From NCBI GenBank assembly GCA_041740355.1, contig JBGSMD010000013.1, positions 32,001 through 96,000 of the forward strand: a stretch of 64,000 nt of DNA, written 5' to 3'. Positions 28,110 through 39,052 of the stretch are shown one piece after another. The translations under genes and the position numbers were made by a program. The DNA comes from Bdellovibrionota bacterium. Its GTDB lineage: Bacteria > Bdellovibrionota_C > UBA2361 > CALJRW01. Under the pieces are notes generated by a model. It saw only the letters and a list, made by a program, of their open reading frames with translations. It searched no databases and was not told where the DNA came from. Every line of letters begins with the position of its first letter. Within the stretch, counting starts at the first letter, position 1.

Positions 28110-29021
28110 ATGTACTGGTTAATAAAAAATACAATTTTCTGTTTTAATCTTCTACCGCTTGGTTTAAGGATTAGCACTTTTAGTCTAATTTTGAAAAGCT
28201 TAGGCTCATTAATTAAGGACTTAAAAAGAACTGCTTTAATTAACCTCCAGATCGCGCTCCCTGAGAAATCTAGCAAAGAGCATCATCTTATTCTTAATAA
28301 GTCCTATCAGGTATGGGGACGCTGTTTAGTCGATGTATTGAGGCAGAAAAACTTGAGCGATCAGTGGATTCTCGACAATATTGAATGTCCAGAATTAGAG
28401 CAATTGAAAGAATTTAAAAAAAAGTATCCTGATATCCCATATTTAATTTTAACGGGTCATATTGGTAGTTTTGAGTTCATTCTCCGTTATCTATGTGTTC
28501 AGTTTGGACCAATTGCCTTTGTGGCGCGCAAGCTTAAACCTGATGCTTTGGATCAGTGGTGGAATGAGCAGCGAAGTAGGGGTGGAAATCAGTTGATTCC
28601 TCGAAAAGGTGCTATTCGTAAGATTTTTAAGTTCATCTCAGAAAAGATAGATGTCGCAATATTATTCGATCAAAATGTAGTCAAAAGCCAAGGTATTTTT
28701 ATCAAATGGTTTGGTAGATATGCTGCTACAACACCAGCTGTTGGCTTGGTTGCGGCAAAATACAAGCTACCTGTAATAGTGTTTAGTATGAACTCTATTC
28801 CTGGAGGTAAGTATCGTCTAAATTTTAAGATTGAAGAATTATTAGAAATTCATCAAGATACAGAATTGGGGATGACCGAAAAGATTTATAAAATTACTGA
28901 TATTTGTGCTCAAGATCTACAAAAATTGATTTTAGATGCACCTGAAGAATGGTTTTGGTTTCATCGTCGCTGGAAAACAGCGGTGCTTGCCGGAGAAGGA
29001 GAGAAGCTTTATAAAGATTAA
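28110..29021 (+). CDS. Lipid A biosynthesis acyltransferase (LpxL/HtrB family)
   Basis: TGHIGSFE (HxxxxE), ILFDQ, PEEWFWFHRRWK. Confidence 0.9.
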   Translation: MYWLIKNTIFCFNLLPLGLRISTFSLILKSLGSLIKDLKRTALINLQIALPEKSSKEHHLILNKSYQVWGRCLVDVLRQKNLSDQWILDNIECPELEQLKEFKKKYPDIPYLILTGHIGSFEFILRYLCVQFGPIAFVARKLKPDALDQWWNEQRSRGGNQLIPRKGAIRKIFKFISEKIDVAILFDQNVVKSQGIFIKWFGRYAATTPAVGLVAAKYKLPVIVFSMNSIPGGKYRLNFKIEELLEIHQDTELGMTEKIYKITDICAQDLQKLILDAPEEWFWFHRRWKTAVLAGEGEKLYKD

Positions 29022-29070
29022 ATACAGTCCCTTAAATCAAGCAAAGTCTAGCCTTTTATAAACTTAAATC

Positions 29071-30786
29071 ATGTATTATCTGCGAGTCAGCTTTTTATTC
29101 CATTTGTTTTTTTGTCTAGGGTGCAGTACCCAAGCCATATTCCCACAGCATCCCCCTAAATCTTACCAAACAGATTCTTCTCAATATCATAACTTTCTAG
29201 TAGGTGAACTCGCTTTTAAGCAGGAAGATTTGGAACGATCTTATCAGCATTACCAAAGTTTAAGTTCTAAAGCTGAGCCTAATGATTCTAATCAGTATAT
29301 ATTAAGACTATTAGAAATAGCTTTAATTAAATCCGAGGTTGATGAGGCAATTCATTTACTTCAAGAGAAGGTCAGAGCCGAGCCTGAAGAAATCGATTTT
29401 TTACTTCTAGCTAATTTATATCAGGTTGAGAGAGAGTCCTTAAAATCAAAATTGACTTTCGAGGAGGGTATTCGCCATTTTCCTAAGTCAAATGAACTAA
29501 TTATTGCCCAGTACTTTACAGAGCTTCGTGAGATGTCTGTACCAGAAGAGCTAATCAAAAAATTAATTACCTTAGAGAAGGGTATTGTTCGAAGTTTTCT
29601 TTTACCACTGTTAGCTGAAGCATATGTTTTATCAGATCAGCCTGAACTAGCAGTTTTGGTTTTTAAAGAGTGTGTAAATTTAGGTTCTAATTGCCCCGCC
29701 TTAGAAAATGAGTATCTAGAATTTTTGATTAAATCGCAGAATTTGCCGGATCTTCAGGTATATTTAAAAGATACCAAGATTGAAAATCGAAAGCATACTT
29801 TTGCAAGAGATTACTTAGTTAGCACTCCAGACTTATTAGAATCATTTAAGCAATTAGATTCTCTTGTGGAAGACTCACGAAGTACTTCTGAGCTTATTCG
29901 TGATTATAATTTTAAATTCTTGAGTGGATTTATTGGTCAGCAAGATCTTAGTCGATCGATTATAAGTCTTTATGTTTTCTCACTAATGTATCCAGACTTT
30001 ATTCCAGTAAAACTATATTTGGCAACATTTTTTAATAATCTAAGTAAATATGACCTTGCTGTGCAGGAATTCTTGAGTGTTCCTATAGATAGTGAACATT
30101 ATTTAAAATCAAGATTAGGTGCCATCACTATTTTGCAAAAAATGAGAAAGTTTTCTGAAGCTTCGCATGTGATGGAAGAGCTATTGGATGTTAAAGATTT
30201 TCAGGATGATACAGAGCTCTGGCTAGTACAGATTAAATTATTGCAGGAGCAAAGAAAATTTAAAGAACTTGAGGCTTTGCTACCTGACTTATTGGAAAAA
30301 TTTCCTAATGACCAAACGTTGATGTTACAATATGCAGTAGTCTTACAAGAGCTTAACAAAGATCAGGAATGTTTGCAGATACTTGATCAACTTTTAGAAA
30401 TTAATCCTAATCATCAAGAGGCACTTAACTTTGTAGCTTATACGTATGCCGAAGCAGGAGTGCATTTGGAGGTTGCCCATCAGTATGTCGATCAAGCATT
30501 AGTCTTTGATCCCCAAAGTCCATATTTTATAGATACCAAAGCGTGGATTTATTATAAGCAGAAGAACTATAAAGCAGCATTGGAGCAAATGAATCGAGCA
30601 TTAAGCTTTTTACCAGACGATCCTGTTTTACTGGAGCACTATGCTGATATTCATCAAGAATTGGGCAATGTCGAGCAATCTCAATTATATTACATGAAAT
30701 CATTAGCGGCAGCCAGTGAGAGTGAATATAGCAATGAGATTCGCAAACTAAAGATTAGGCTGAAAACAAAAGTACCCGCAATGTAA
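29071..30786 (+). CDS. TPR-repeat lipoprotein
   Basis: Lipobox CLGC; ALNFVAYTYAE, DTKAWIYYK, EHYADI motifs. Confidence 0.85.
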   Translation: MYYLRVSFLFHLFFCLGCSTQAIFPQHPPKSYQTDSSQYHNFLVGELAFKQEDLERSYQHYQSLSSKAEPNDSNQYILRLLEIALIKSEVDEAIHLLQEKVRAEPEEIDFLLLANLYQVERESLKSKLTFEEGIRHFPKSNELIIAQYFTELREMSVPEELIKKLITLEKGIVRSFLLPLLAEAYVLSDQPELAVLVFKECVNLGSNCPALENEYLEFLIKSQNLPDLQVYLKDTKIENRKHTFARDYLVSTPDLLESFKQLDSLVEDSRSTSELIRDYNFKFLSGFIGQQDLSRSIISLYVFSLMYPDFIPVKLYLATFFNNLSKYDLAVQEFLSVPIDSEHYLKSRLGAITILQKMRKFSEASHVMEELLDVKDFQDDTELWLVQIKLLQEQRKFKELEALLPDLLEKFPNDQTLMLQYAVVLQELNKDQECLQILDQLLEINPNHQEALNFVAYTYAEAGVHLEVAHQYVDQALVFDPQSPYFIDTKAWIYYKQKNYKAALEQMNRALSFLPDDPVLLEHYADIHQELGNVEQSQLYYMKSLAAASESEYSNEIRKLKIRLKTKVPAM

Positions 30787-30843
30787 GTAAAATGAAGATT
30801 GCATTCTAGGATAGATTTTTGATAATTTTATAATTTTTAAACA

Positions 30844-31593
30844 ATGCCACGAATTTTTATTTTGCTAATTTTTTGCTTGGCATCTTGTAGCTCTAAAGCA
30901 TATCAAGCCTATCCTAAACCAGCTGGGGTTCTTTTAGATGATGTAGCTACTAGTTTACAACTCCAAAAATTTCAGTCTTACGAAGTCCCTGAGACTGCAA
31001 AGTTTCTTTTAAATGTTAGTTTGAGATACGGCAAGGATTTTAATTCATTCCGACAGGGATTGATTTTTAAAGCACCGAATAAGTTCAGAGTGGAAACTTA
31101 TCCTCTACAAGCCGGTTGGGCTAGTAATTATTTTATTTCTGATGGTGAGAAATATGTATACTATGATTCTCAAAATAATAATGAGCAAATAGGTTTGTTT
31201 AATGAGTCTTTATTTGAAGAATTCTATAATATTCCTATAACTCTTGACGAGATATTAAGTCTTTTAATTGGAAGAACACCCAAGAGGTGGTTATTGAGTA
31301 AAAATAGTATTTTCGCTATTGAAAATAATTTTGCGATGAATTCCAAGGATAAAAAATATTTTTGGCATCTAAGCAATGACGGTTCTTTACTAGATTTTTT
31401 AATTTATAAAGATAGTAGTAATAAAGTAATATTAAAAGGTAAGGTTATTAGCTATTCAAAAGATAACCTTGAAACTACAATCCCCAAGGCCATTCAATTA
31501 GATGTTCCTGAGCATGATGTCCGAATTATTATTAGGACATCACAAGCTCAATTGAACCATGAGATTCCAACTGAAAATTTTATTATAAATTAA
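30844..31593 (+). CDS. Lipoprotein, LolA/LolB-like fold suspected
   Basis: Lipobox LASC, PNKFRVE motif, follows the TPR gene. Confidence 0.6.
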   Translation: MPRIFILLIFCLASCSSKAYQAYPKPAGVLLDDVATSLQLQKFQSYEVPETAKFLLNVSLRYGKDFNSFRQGLIFKAPNKFRVETYPLQAGWASNYFISDGEKYVYYDSQNNNEQIGLFNESLFEEFYNIPITLDEILSLLIGRTPKRWLLSKNSIFAIENNFAMNSKDKKYFWHLSNDGSLLDFLIYKDSSNKVILKGKVISYSKDNLETTIPKAIQLDVPEHDVRIIIRTSQAQLNHEIPTENFIIN

Positions 31594-31765
31594 TATTTAC
31601 TTGTTGTTTGGTATTCAGTAACTCTTCCATAGCTTGTGAAGCTAGCATGTACTGTTCTTGTTCATTAGAAGTATGTTCTGCTGCAATTTTTGTTACAGCC
31701 TCTACTAGTTCTCCAATTGTAGTTTCAACTTTATTAATTTTATTACCGATCAATTTATTTTGCAT
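31583..31765 (-). CDS. Small hypothetical protein
   Basis: 60 aa, helical ETTIGELVEAVT motif, AAAGGT upstream, own intergenic region. Confidence 0.55.
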   Translation of the reverse strand: MQNKLIGNKINKVETTIGELVEAVTKIAAEHTSNEQEQYMLASQAMEELLNTKQQVNINL

Positions 31766-32117
31766 ATAAAAACCTTTGAAAATACAGATTAATATTATGT
31801 TAATCTATTTATAAGTACGATGTAGGTTTGTGAATTAAATATTCAAAAAAATATTTACGTTTTGTAATTTATCGTATTTTATAGGAATAAGTTTCGTATA
31901 AGTTACTTTAAAATTACGATAGCAAATATGATATCCATATAATTATATTCTAGGAGTCATTGGGAATATAGATTTTATTATTGTTTTGTAATGTCTGTTC
32001 GTTTACATTGTATTATAGTCAAAACTAAAGCGTATATATTAACAATTTCTTACTGAAATCAGCTAGTTGACTAAATGTTTGAGGGTCAAGATCAAATATG
32101 TAAATCTAAAAAAATTC

Positions 32118-32762
32118 TTATTTTTTTGAATAGTGTAAAAAGTAGACATTTTTTTGTTTGGATTGGAAAAGCTGTTCAAACTCGGTCAAAATGTTAGACT
32201 TATTAAATTCGCTGGAATGAAGATCTTCTGAATAATTACAAAGTTTAAAGTTTGGATGCTCCTGGATTAAAGCTTTGCTAGAATGATAGTAGTTGTCGTG
32301 ATCTGTTTTAAGCTTAATAAACCCTGCCTTTGGTAATATACGTTGGGCTTCATTTAAAAATTTTGTAGAAACCATTCGATGTTTTAACCAACGAGCTTTC
32401 TCCCAAGGGTCTGGAAAATTAATATAAATACCATTAACAATGTCACAGGGAATCTGGGGAAGAACTAGATTGGCATCCTCTCGAATTATTAAAATGTTCG
32501 TAAGGGTTAATTTTTGAGCTTTTTGGATCGTCCTGACACATCTTTTATATCTAAGTTCGATTCCAATATATAGATTTCTAGGATTTTTAGCGGCTATATT
32601 AATTAAAAAGTTACCTGAGCCACTACCAATTTCGATGTATAGTCCTTGATAATCCTTGAGTTTTGTAATAATTTCAGCTACTTGCACCTTCTCAAGTCCA
32701 TTCCAAATAGTATCAGAGAACTCATGTATGAGATCGGAATATGGGTTACAGTTCTTTTTCAT
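32118..32762 (-). CDS. trmB: tRNA (guanine-N7)-methyltransferase
   Basis: EIGSGSG, GIE, NFPDPW.K...KHR, KTD, TEFE. Confidence 0.96.
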   Translation of the reverse strand: MKKNCNPYSDLIHEFSDTIWNGLEKVQVAEIITKLKDYQGLYIEIGSGSGNFLINIAAKNPRNLYIGIELRYKRCVRTIQKAQKLTLTNILIIREDANLVLPQIPCDIVNGIYINFPDPWEKARWLKHRMVSTKFLNEAQRILPKAGFIKLKTDHDNYYHSSKALIQEHPNFKLCNYSEDLHSSEFNKSNILTEFEQLFQSKQKNVYFLHYSKK

Positions 32763-32814
32763 TGAAATTTATGTTGATCTGAAACAAAGTTTAAGTCAAC
32801 ATTGATATGCAAAT

Positions 32815-33246
32815 ATGTTAATCAAAAAACTCTTCAATAATATTATCAGCTGTGTTTGTATAATTTTACTTTTTGGATGTTCCTTGGCAGAGTCCAGCGA
32901 AGAGGGAGGAAAGTCCACGTTAGCAGCAACAAGTATTGGTGCTGGAATTGGTGCAGGTGCAGGAGCGTTAGTTGGTGCCGCTATCACAGATGGCGATGTC
33001 TTAACTAGCGCGGGATTAGGAGCTGGTATTGGAGCAGGAACAGTGCTTATTTCTAGGTACGCATATCGAAAGTATCAAGAGAATCAGGCAATTAAGGATA
33101 ATAATGCTACCATCAGTGATAACTACGATCTTTTAAAGAATAATGAATTGGAATTAGAAGAATACAGAAAGCAGGTTGTCTATGAATCTAAAGATTTAGA
33201 TCCAACAGATGAGGTTAATCGGTATTTTGAGGGTGTTGCTGAATAA
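32815..33246 (+). CDS. Glycine-zipper lipoprotein
   Basis: Lipobox LFGC; GAGIGAGAGALVGAA repeats. Confidence 0.75.
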   Translation: MLIKKLFNNIISCVCIILLFGCSLAESSEEGGKSTLAATSIGAGIGAGAGALVGAAITDGDVLTSAGLGAGIGAGTVLISRYAYRKYQENQAIKDNNATISDNYDLLKNNELELEEYRKQVVYESKDLDPTDEVNRYFEGVAE

Positions 33247-33317
33247 TCGCATAATTTTTTTAGGAATTCTCCCCTATTTTTTTCGATAAGCAAGGTAATA
33301 ATTTTACCTATTACTTT

Positions 33318-34247
33318 ATGGCTTATCACCCAAGAATTGAATCACCAGAGTTAGTTTCTTTTTGTACTACTCGTACTCGAAACTCAGAGTTATGGTTTAT
33401 CAATAACCATCGTCTTGAGCAAGAAATGTTAGCGAATATTGCTAAGTACACTAATCTACATGATGTCGCACTTTATGCTCTAGCAATCGAAGGAAACCAT
33501 CACCACGAACTAGCTTTATTTCCGCGATGTAATAGATTTGAGTATATGAGAGATATTAACTCTTCTATTGCCAGAGCCGTAAAGCGCCATTGTGGTCAAT
33601 ATCCCGGAGGGGGGCTTTTCGCACGGCGCTATTCCAATGAATTTACACCTGGCGCGGAAGATATTGAAGAATATTTTTTCTATACTGTACTTCAGCCGGT
33701 GAAAGATGGATTAATCCGGCATATTAAAGAGTATCCGGGATATAATTGTTTTTATGATGCTGTCCGTGGACTTAGTCGTAAATATAAGATTGTGAATTGG
33801 ACAGAATATAACGAGCAGCGAAGATGGAATAATTCGATAAGGATTGAAGATTTTACTTATCTCGTTGAACTAAAGTTTCAAAGATTACCTGGATATGAGG
33901 TGCTTTCGCAATCTGAATATGAAGTATTAATGACTCAGAAATTAGAAAAGAGAATTCAAGATATTAGATTAGAGAGGTCCACTAAAGACAAGGGATTTCT
34001 TGGGCGTGATAAACTTATAAAGAAGCAACCAGGTACCTTGCCATATCATACGAAAAGAAGTTTATTTGGCACTAAACGACCTAGGATTTTATGTGTCTGT
34101 CCCATCCGATGGGCAAAATGTATTGCTTGGTATTTTAATATCTATTTTGCATTTAAATTAGCATCAGAAAGATATAGACAGGGAGAATTCGAAGTTGAAT
34201 TCCCCCCAGGAACATTTCGACCACACTTGTTTGTCGGTATCAAGTGA
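33318..34247 (+). CDS. RAYT-like / IS200-family Y1 HUH nuclease-transposase
   Basis: FCTTRT, IEGNHHHEL (HUH), LFARRY, FYTVLQPVKDGL (catalytic Tyr region), C-terminal FPPGTF. Confidence 0.8.
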   Translation: MAYHPRIESPELVSFCTTRTRNSELWFINNHRLEQEMLANIAKYTNLHDVALYALAIEGNHHHELALFPRCNRFEYMRDINSSIARAVKRHCGQYPGGGLFARRYSNEFTPGAEDIEEYFFYTVLQPVKDGLIRHIKEYPGYNCFYDAVRGLSRKYKIVNWTEYNEQRRWNNSIRIEDFTYLVELKFQRLPGYEVLSQSEYEVLMTQKLEKRIQDIRLERSTKDKGFLGRDKLIKKQPGTLPYHTKRSLFGTKRPRILCVCPIRWAKCIAWYFNIYFAFKLASERYRQGEFEVEFPPGTFRPHLFVGIK

Positions 34248-34251
34248 ATGC

Positions 34252-35439
34252 TTAAATCTTAAAGAAGGAGTGAAGATCGGAAATTTTATCAGTTTTTTCC
34301 CAACTAAAAAAACCTTCTTCCGAAGGAGTTCTTCCAAAGTGTCCATAAGAAGCAGTAGCCTGATAGATTGGCTTCAAAAGTTTCAGTGAATTTATAATTC
34401 CTTTAGGAGTTAAATCGAAAACTTCACTTACCGCTGCAGCAAAATGTTCCTCAGGGAATTCACTTGTTCCAAAAGTTGAAACATAAATCCCTACTGGATC
34501 AGCAACTCCAATTGCATAAGCTAATTGAACCTCGCATTTTTCTGCTAATCGCGCGGCCACAATGTTTTTGGCAATATACCTTGCCATGTATGCAGCTGAG
34601 CGATCTACTTTCGATGGATCTTTTCCAGAGAAAGCACCTCCACCATGTCGTCCATATCCACCATATGTATCAACAATAATTTTACGACCAGTAAGTCCAC
34701 AATCACCAACTGGTCCACCAATAACAAATTTGCCTGTTGGATTAATGTAGTATCGTGTTTCTTTAGTTAAGTACTCTTCTTTAATAGTTTTTTTAATATG
34801 CTCTTCAATTATATAATCTTTTAATTCTTCTAGCGAAATTTCCTCATTATGCTGTGTGGAAATAACAATAGCATCAATACTAATTGGTTTGTTGTTTTCA
34901 TATCTAACTGTAACCTGAGATTTAGCATCTGGCTGAAGAAAATCCACAACATTATTTTTTCTTTTTTTCGAAAGTTCATGTAGTAATTTATGCGACAGGG
35001 ATATCGGTAGTGGCATTAACTCTTCTGTCTCATTACAAGCAAAACCAAACATCAGTCCTTGGTCGCCAGCACCCTGCTCTTGATGTAATCCTTCACCTTC
35101 TGATACGCCCATACTGATTTCTGGGGACTGCTCACTAATGAATTTAATAATCTCGCATGAGTCCGCCGTAAAGCCAAGTTTCACATCGTTATAGCCGATA
35201 TTATTAATCGTTTTACGGATAATATAATCATGATCTATTGAAGCGCTACTTGTTATTTCTCCGCCAATAATTACATTATTATTTTTAACAAGAGATTCAC
35301 AGGCTACGCGACTGTTAGGATCCTTTATTAGATAAGCATCAAGAATCGCGTCACTAATTTGATCGCAAATTTTATCTGGATGTCCTTCTGAAACTGATTC
35401 TGATGTAAATAAATTAGTTTTTAGATATTTTTGATTCAT
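34252..35439 (-). CDS. metK: S-adenosylmethionine synthetase
   Basis: [28 protein letters not shown]. Confidence 0.99.
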   Translation of the reverse strand: MNQKYLKTNLFTSESVSEGHPDKICDQISDAILDAYLIKDPNSRVACESLVKNNNVIIGGEITSSASIDHDYIIRKTINNIGYNDVKLGFTADSCEIIKFISEQSPEISMGVSEGEGLHQEQGAGDQGLMFGFACNETEELMPLPISLSHKLLHELSKKRKNNVVDFLQPDAKSQVTVRYENNKPISIDAIVISTQHNEEISLEELKDYIIEEHIKKTIKEEYLTKETRYYINPTGKFVIGGPVGDCGLTGRKIIVDTYGGYGRHGGGAFSGKDPSKVDRSAAYMARYIAKNIVAARLAEKCEVQLAYAIGVADPVGIYVSTFGTSEFPEEHFAAAVSEVFDLTPKGIINSLKLLKPIYQATASYGHFGRTPSEEGFFSWEKTDKISDLHSFFKI

Positions 35440-35507
35440 ACTTTTAATTAAATTGTTGTTTCTCCAATAATAGAGTGAAAATACTGACCGTCAAGAGAGA
35501 AGATTTA

Positions 35508-35745
35508 ATATATTAAACCCCATTTAGTATTATCAAAATGTTGGAAAGAAAGCTTCCACCAGTGCGGAAGCAACGGCGGACAAGGACAGCTTTTTCCGCA
35601 TATTGTGTTTTAGTATCTTTGTTTCCAGTTATTAACCTTTTTTTATAAGGTTAAAACCCAAGCGTTCCGCTTGGGTCGAGTGAAGCACGCTGTGCTTGAT
35701 ATTCTAGCCGACTAAATTAAAAATGGTTATTTTCAATGTCGCCTA
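35508..35745 (-). repeat. Dispersed structured repeat, family B copy 2
   Basis: Reverse complement begins TAGGCGACATTGAAAATAAC; contains the ACCCAAGCG-GAA-CGCTTGGGT hairpin; left boundary approximate. Confidence 0.8.
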
Positions 35746-35897
35746 TTATATTTGAGCTAAAAGTAGCTTAAAGATATAAATTCGCTTTCTTTTATGAATA
35801 TGTTAATAATTTGTTGGTTTGATATATCCTGATTTTAAAGATATTTGCTTTATCATTCAGTAAGCCTTTGGAAATTTGTTTTAATTTAAATTTACCT

Positions 35898-37319
35898 ATG
35901 CATAATTCATCATCTTTTGCTATTCCTTCAGCTGGATATTCCGTAACGGTTACAGTTAAAATACCAAATATCATTGGTAAATTTGCTCTATTACTATCAA
36001 AGGTTGCTGAATTAGGAGGCTCAATTGCCGAGGTTGAATTGGTTAGCTCAGATTTTCAAAGTACGATTCGTAAAATTACTATTAATGCTAAGAGCACGGA
36101 GAGTGCACAAGAGATTATGAAGCACTTTGGTAAATTTGATTTTGTTCAGATTTTAACTTGGCAAGATGATACTCTTAAGATGCATGAAGGTGGTAAACTT
36201 ATAACTCAGCCGAAAGTGAAGATTCGTAATAGTGATGAATTATCTAGAGCATATACCCCAGGTGTCGCAAGAGTTTGCCAACTGATCCACGAGTTCCCTG
36301 AGCAAGCTTATCAATATACAATTAAGAATGATTGTGTTGCCGTCATTACAGATGGTACAGCAGTATTAGGGCTTGGTGATATCGGTCCAGCAGCAGCTAT
36401 GCCAGTGATGGAAGGGAAGGCTGTGCTTTTCAAAGAGTTTGCTGGAGTAAACTCGTTTCCAATTTGTTTGGATACTAAGGATACAGAAGAGATTATTAAA
36501 ACAGTAATTTATTTGGCACCAACATTTGGAGCTATCAACTTAGAGGATATCTCGGCTCCTCGATGTTTTGAGATTGAGGAAAGACTAATTGAGGCCCTCG
36601 ATATTCCAGTTTTTCATGATGACCAACATGGAACTGCCGTGGTTGTTCTAGCAGGGGTTTATAATGCATTAAAGGTTTTAGATCGCAAACTTGAAGATTT
36701 AAAGATTGTAGTTAATGGATTTGGAGCAGGTGGAGTCGCTTGTATTAAGATTTTATTAGAAGCTGGTGCTAAGAATATTATAGCATGTGATACCTCAGGA
36801 ATTGCTTATCGTGGACGTACTAAAGGTATGAACCCGATGAAAGAGGAGTTGGTGAAGGTGACTAACCCAGAAAACATCTCAGGGACGTTGGGGGATGCTT
36901 TGGTTGGGGCGGATATGTTCCTAGGGTTATCGCAGCCTGGAGTTGTTACGCGCGAGATGATTAGTACAATGAATAAGAATCCTTTGATATTTACATTGGC
37001 TAATCCAGTGCCAGAGATTTTTCCTGATGAAATAGCTGATATTGCAGGTGTTATTGCAACAGGGCGCTCTGATTATCCAAACCAAGTAAATAACGTGCTG
37101 TGTTTTCCAGGAATTATTAAGGGTGCGATGCTTTGTCGTGCACGCAAGATTACCATGGGAATGAAATTAGCGGCAGCGAGAGCCATTGCAGATAGCATTG
37201 CACCAGATCAGCTTAATAAGTATTTGATTATTCCAAATGTTTTTAATCCGATGGTTGCTAGCAAGGTGACTGAAGCGGTGATGCAACAAGCTAAAATTGA
37301 TGGAGTATCCAGAATTTAA
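35898..37319 (+). CDS. Malic enzyme with N-terminal ACT domain (likely start 35898)
   Basis: AYTPGVA, TDGTAVLGLGDIG, FHDDQHGTA, TGRSDYPNQVNN. Confidence 0.95.
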   Translation: MHNSSSFAIPSAGYSVTVTVKIPNIIGKFALLLSKVAELGGSIAEVELVSSDFQSTIRKITINAKSTESAQEIMKHFGKFDFVQILTWQDDTLKMHEGGKLITQPKVKIRNSDELSRAYTPGVARVCQLIHEFPEQAYQYTIKNDCVAVITDGTAVLGLGDIGPAAAMPVMEGKAVLFKEFAGVNSFPICLDTKDTEEIIKTVIYLAPTFGAINLEDISAPRCFEIEERLIEALDIPVFHDDQHGTAVVVLAGVYNALKVLDRKLEDLKIVVNGFGAGGVACIKILLEAGAKNIIACDTSGIAYRGRTKGMNPMKEELVKVTNPENISGTLGDALVGADMFLGLSQPGVVTREMISTMNKNPLIFTLANPVPEIFPDEIADIAGVIATGRSDYPNQVNNVLCFPGIIKGAMLCRARKITMGMKLAAARAIADSIAPDQLNKYLIIPNVFNPMVASKVTEAVMQQAKIDGVSRI

Positions 37320-38261
37320 ATGATTATCAGCTTGTGTTGGTTAGCTTTCGGATTAGTTTTTTTAATTTTAGGTGCTGATTATCTAATTAAGGCTTCCTGT
37401 GCAATCGCCCAAAAATTAAACATTTCACCACTTATTGTGGGGTTGACCGTAGTTGCATTTGGAACTTCTGCTCCTGAATTATTCGTCTCGGTTGGTTCAG
37501 CTCTCAAAGGTAATGCTGATTTCGCTATCGGAAATGTGGTTGGTAGTAATATTTTCAATATCTTAGGAATCATTGGAATTGCTGTTATTTTAAAACCAAT
37601 CACATTTAGTAGGCAGTTAGTAAATCGAGAGATTCCAATAATGTTGTTTGTTTTAGGTTTGTTCTATTGGTTTGCGTCGACTGGATATATGAGCCGAGTT
37701 CATGGGTTGATATTATTAGTATTAATTGTGGCATATGTGGCGTATTTGATCATAGGTTCAAAACAAAGTCTTGGTGAGGCGCTTGAAGGGCAAAAAAATT
37801 GGAGTATCAAAGTCGCTTGTGTTGTAGTTGCAGCAAGTCTTTTAGTGATGGTAGGTAGCTCCACAGTTATAATTGATAATGCAGTATTAATTGCTCGGAG
37901 CATTGGAGTATCGGATTTAGTGATTGGTATAACTATCTTGGCTGTCGGTACATCTTTACCTGAGCTTGCAGCAACATATTCCTCTACAAAACAAGGGCAT
38001 CCAGATCTTGCTGTCGGCAATGCTGTGGGTAGTAATATTTTTAATGTATTAACTGTAATAGGTCTCACTTGTTTAATTCAACCGTTAGTAATCAATCCAA
38101 GTAGTTTAAGGCTTGATTTTCCAATGATGTTTTTTGGATGTTTGGCATTCTGGTTATTAATTCTTTGGAAAAAAACATTAGGTAAGCGGGAAGGGTTTTA
38201 TATGCTAGGTCTCTATGCCTTGTACGTTACATTGTCGGTGTTCAATGGAGCAGTTTCATGA
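37320..38261 (+). CDS. Calcium/sodium antiporter (YrbG family)
   Basis: Two alpha repeats GTSAPE / GTSLPE, GNVVGSNIFN. Confidence 0.93.
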   Translation: MIISLCWLAFGLVFLILGADYLIKASCAIAQKLNISPLIVGLTVVAFGTSAPELFVSVGSALKGNADFAIGNVVGSNIFNILGIIGIAVILKPITFSRQLVNREIPIMLFVLGLFYWFASTGYMSRVHGLILLVLIVAYVAYLIIGSKQSLGEALEGQKNWSIKVACVVVAASLLVMVGSSTVIIDNAVLIARSIGVSDLVIGITILAVGTSLPELAATYSSTKQGHPDLAVGNAVGSNIFNVLTVIGLTCLIQPLVINPSSLRLDFPMMFFGCLAFWLLILWKKTLGKREGFYMLGLYALYVTLSVFNGAVS

Positions 38262-39052
38262 TGTCTGATATTTTCAACGCAGTCATTCTTGGTATCGTTG
38301 AAGGATTAACGGAATTCTTACCAATCTCGAGCACAGGACATCTGATTTTAGTTGGTAAGTTTCTGGGGTTTGAAGATGAATTTGCCGATACCTTTTCGGT
38401 ATTTATTCAGTTTGGTGCTATCTTGGCGGTACTTGTACTCTACAAAGATAAGTTCATGAATTTGTTAAATTTTAAATCAGAATCCAGATTCTCAGGGACC
38501 TCGGGGATTATGAAGTTGGGGTTGGCTACTTTTCCCGCGCTGTTTTTTGGTTTGATAGCATATAAGTTTATCAAGACTCATCTCTTCAATTCGACTACTG
38601 TAGCTATTGGCTTAATTTTGGGCGGTATTGTCCTTGTGTTGATCGAGGGATTGGTTAAAAAGCCAAGCAAAAGTTCAGATGGAGACCTTTCTTATTTAGA
38701 TTGTATTAAAATTGGATTTTTTCAGTGCTTAGCAATGTGCCCCGGAGTTTCTCGATCAGGAAGTACCATCGTAGGTGCGATGCTACTTGGCTGTGAAAAA
38801 AAGATGGCAGCTGAGTTCTCCTTCTTTCTAGCCGTTCCAACAATGTTTGCAGCAGTTGGTTATGACCTCTATAAGAGTTGGAGATTTCTCCAACCGGAGC
38901 ATTTTCCCATTTTAGCGGTTGGCTTTGTCGTCTCATTTATAGTTGCTATTATTGCAATCAAATTTTTCATTGCGTTATTAAATAGATTTTCCTTGAAGCC
39001 TTTTGGGTATTATCGCATAATTATTGGGATTCTAATCTTGTTCCTGTTCTAA
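38258..39052 (+). CDS. uppP: Undecaprenyl-diphosphatase
   Basis: GIVEGLTEFLPISSTGH, PGVSRSGST, AEFSF. Confidence 0.97.
   Translation: MMSDIFNAVILGIVEGLTEFLPISSTGHLILVGKFLGFEDEFADTFSVFIQFGAILAVLVLYKDKFMNLLNFKSESRFSGTSGIMKLGLATFPALFFGLIAYKFIKTHLFNSTTVAIGLILGGIVLVLIEGLVKKPSKSSDGDLSYLDCIKIGFFQCLAMCPGVSRSGSTIVGAMLLGCEKKMAAEFSFFLAVPTMFAAVGYDLYKSWRFLQPEHFPILAVGFVVSFIVAIIAIKFFIALLNRFSLKPFGYYRIIIGILILFLF

Noticed and set aside
31778-31806. dif-like site (TTATGTTAATC resembles the XerD arm)
   Set aside because: No XerC arm at the 6-bp spacing; more likely an AT-rich palindrome.
35440-35760. SAM riboswitch upstream of metK
   Set aside because: No SAM-I or SAM-II consensus seen; the structure there is a family B repeat that also occurs at unrelated genes.
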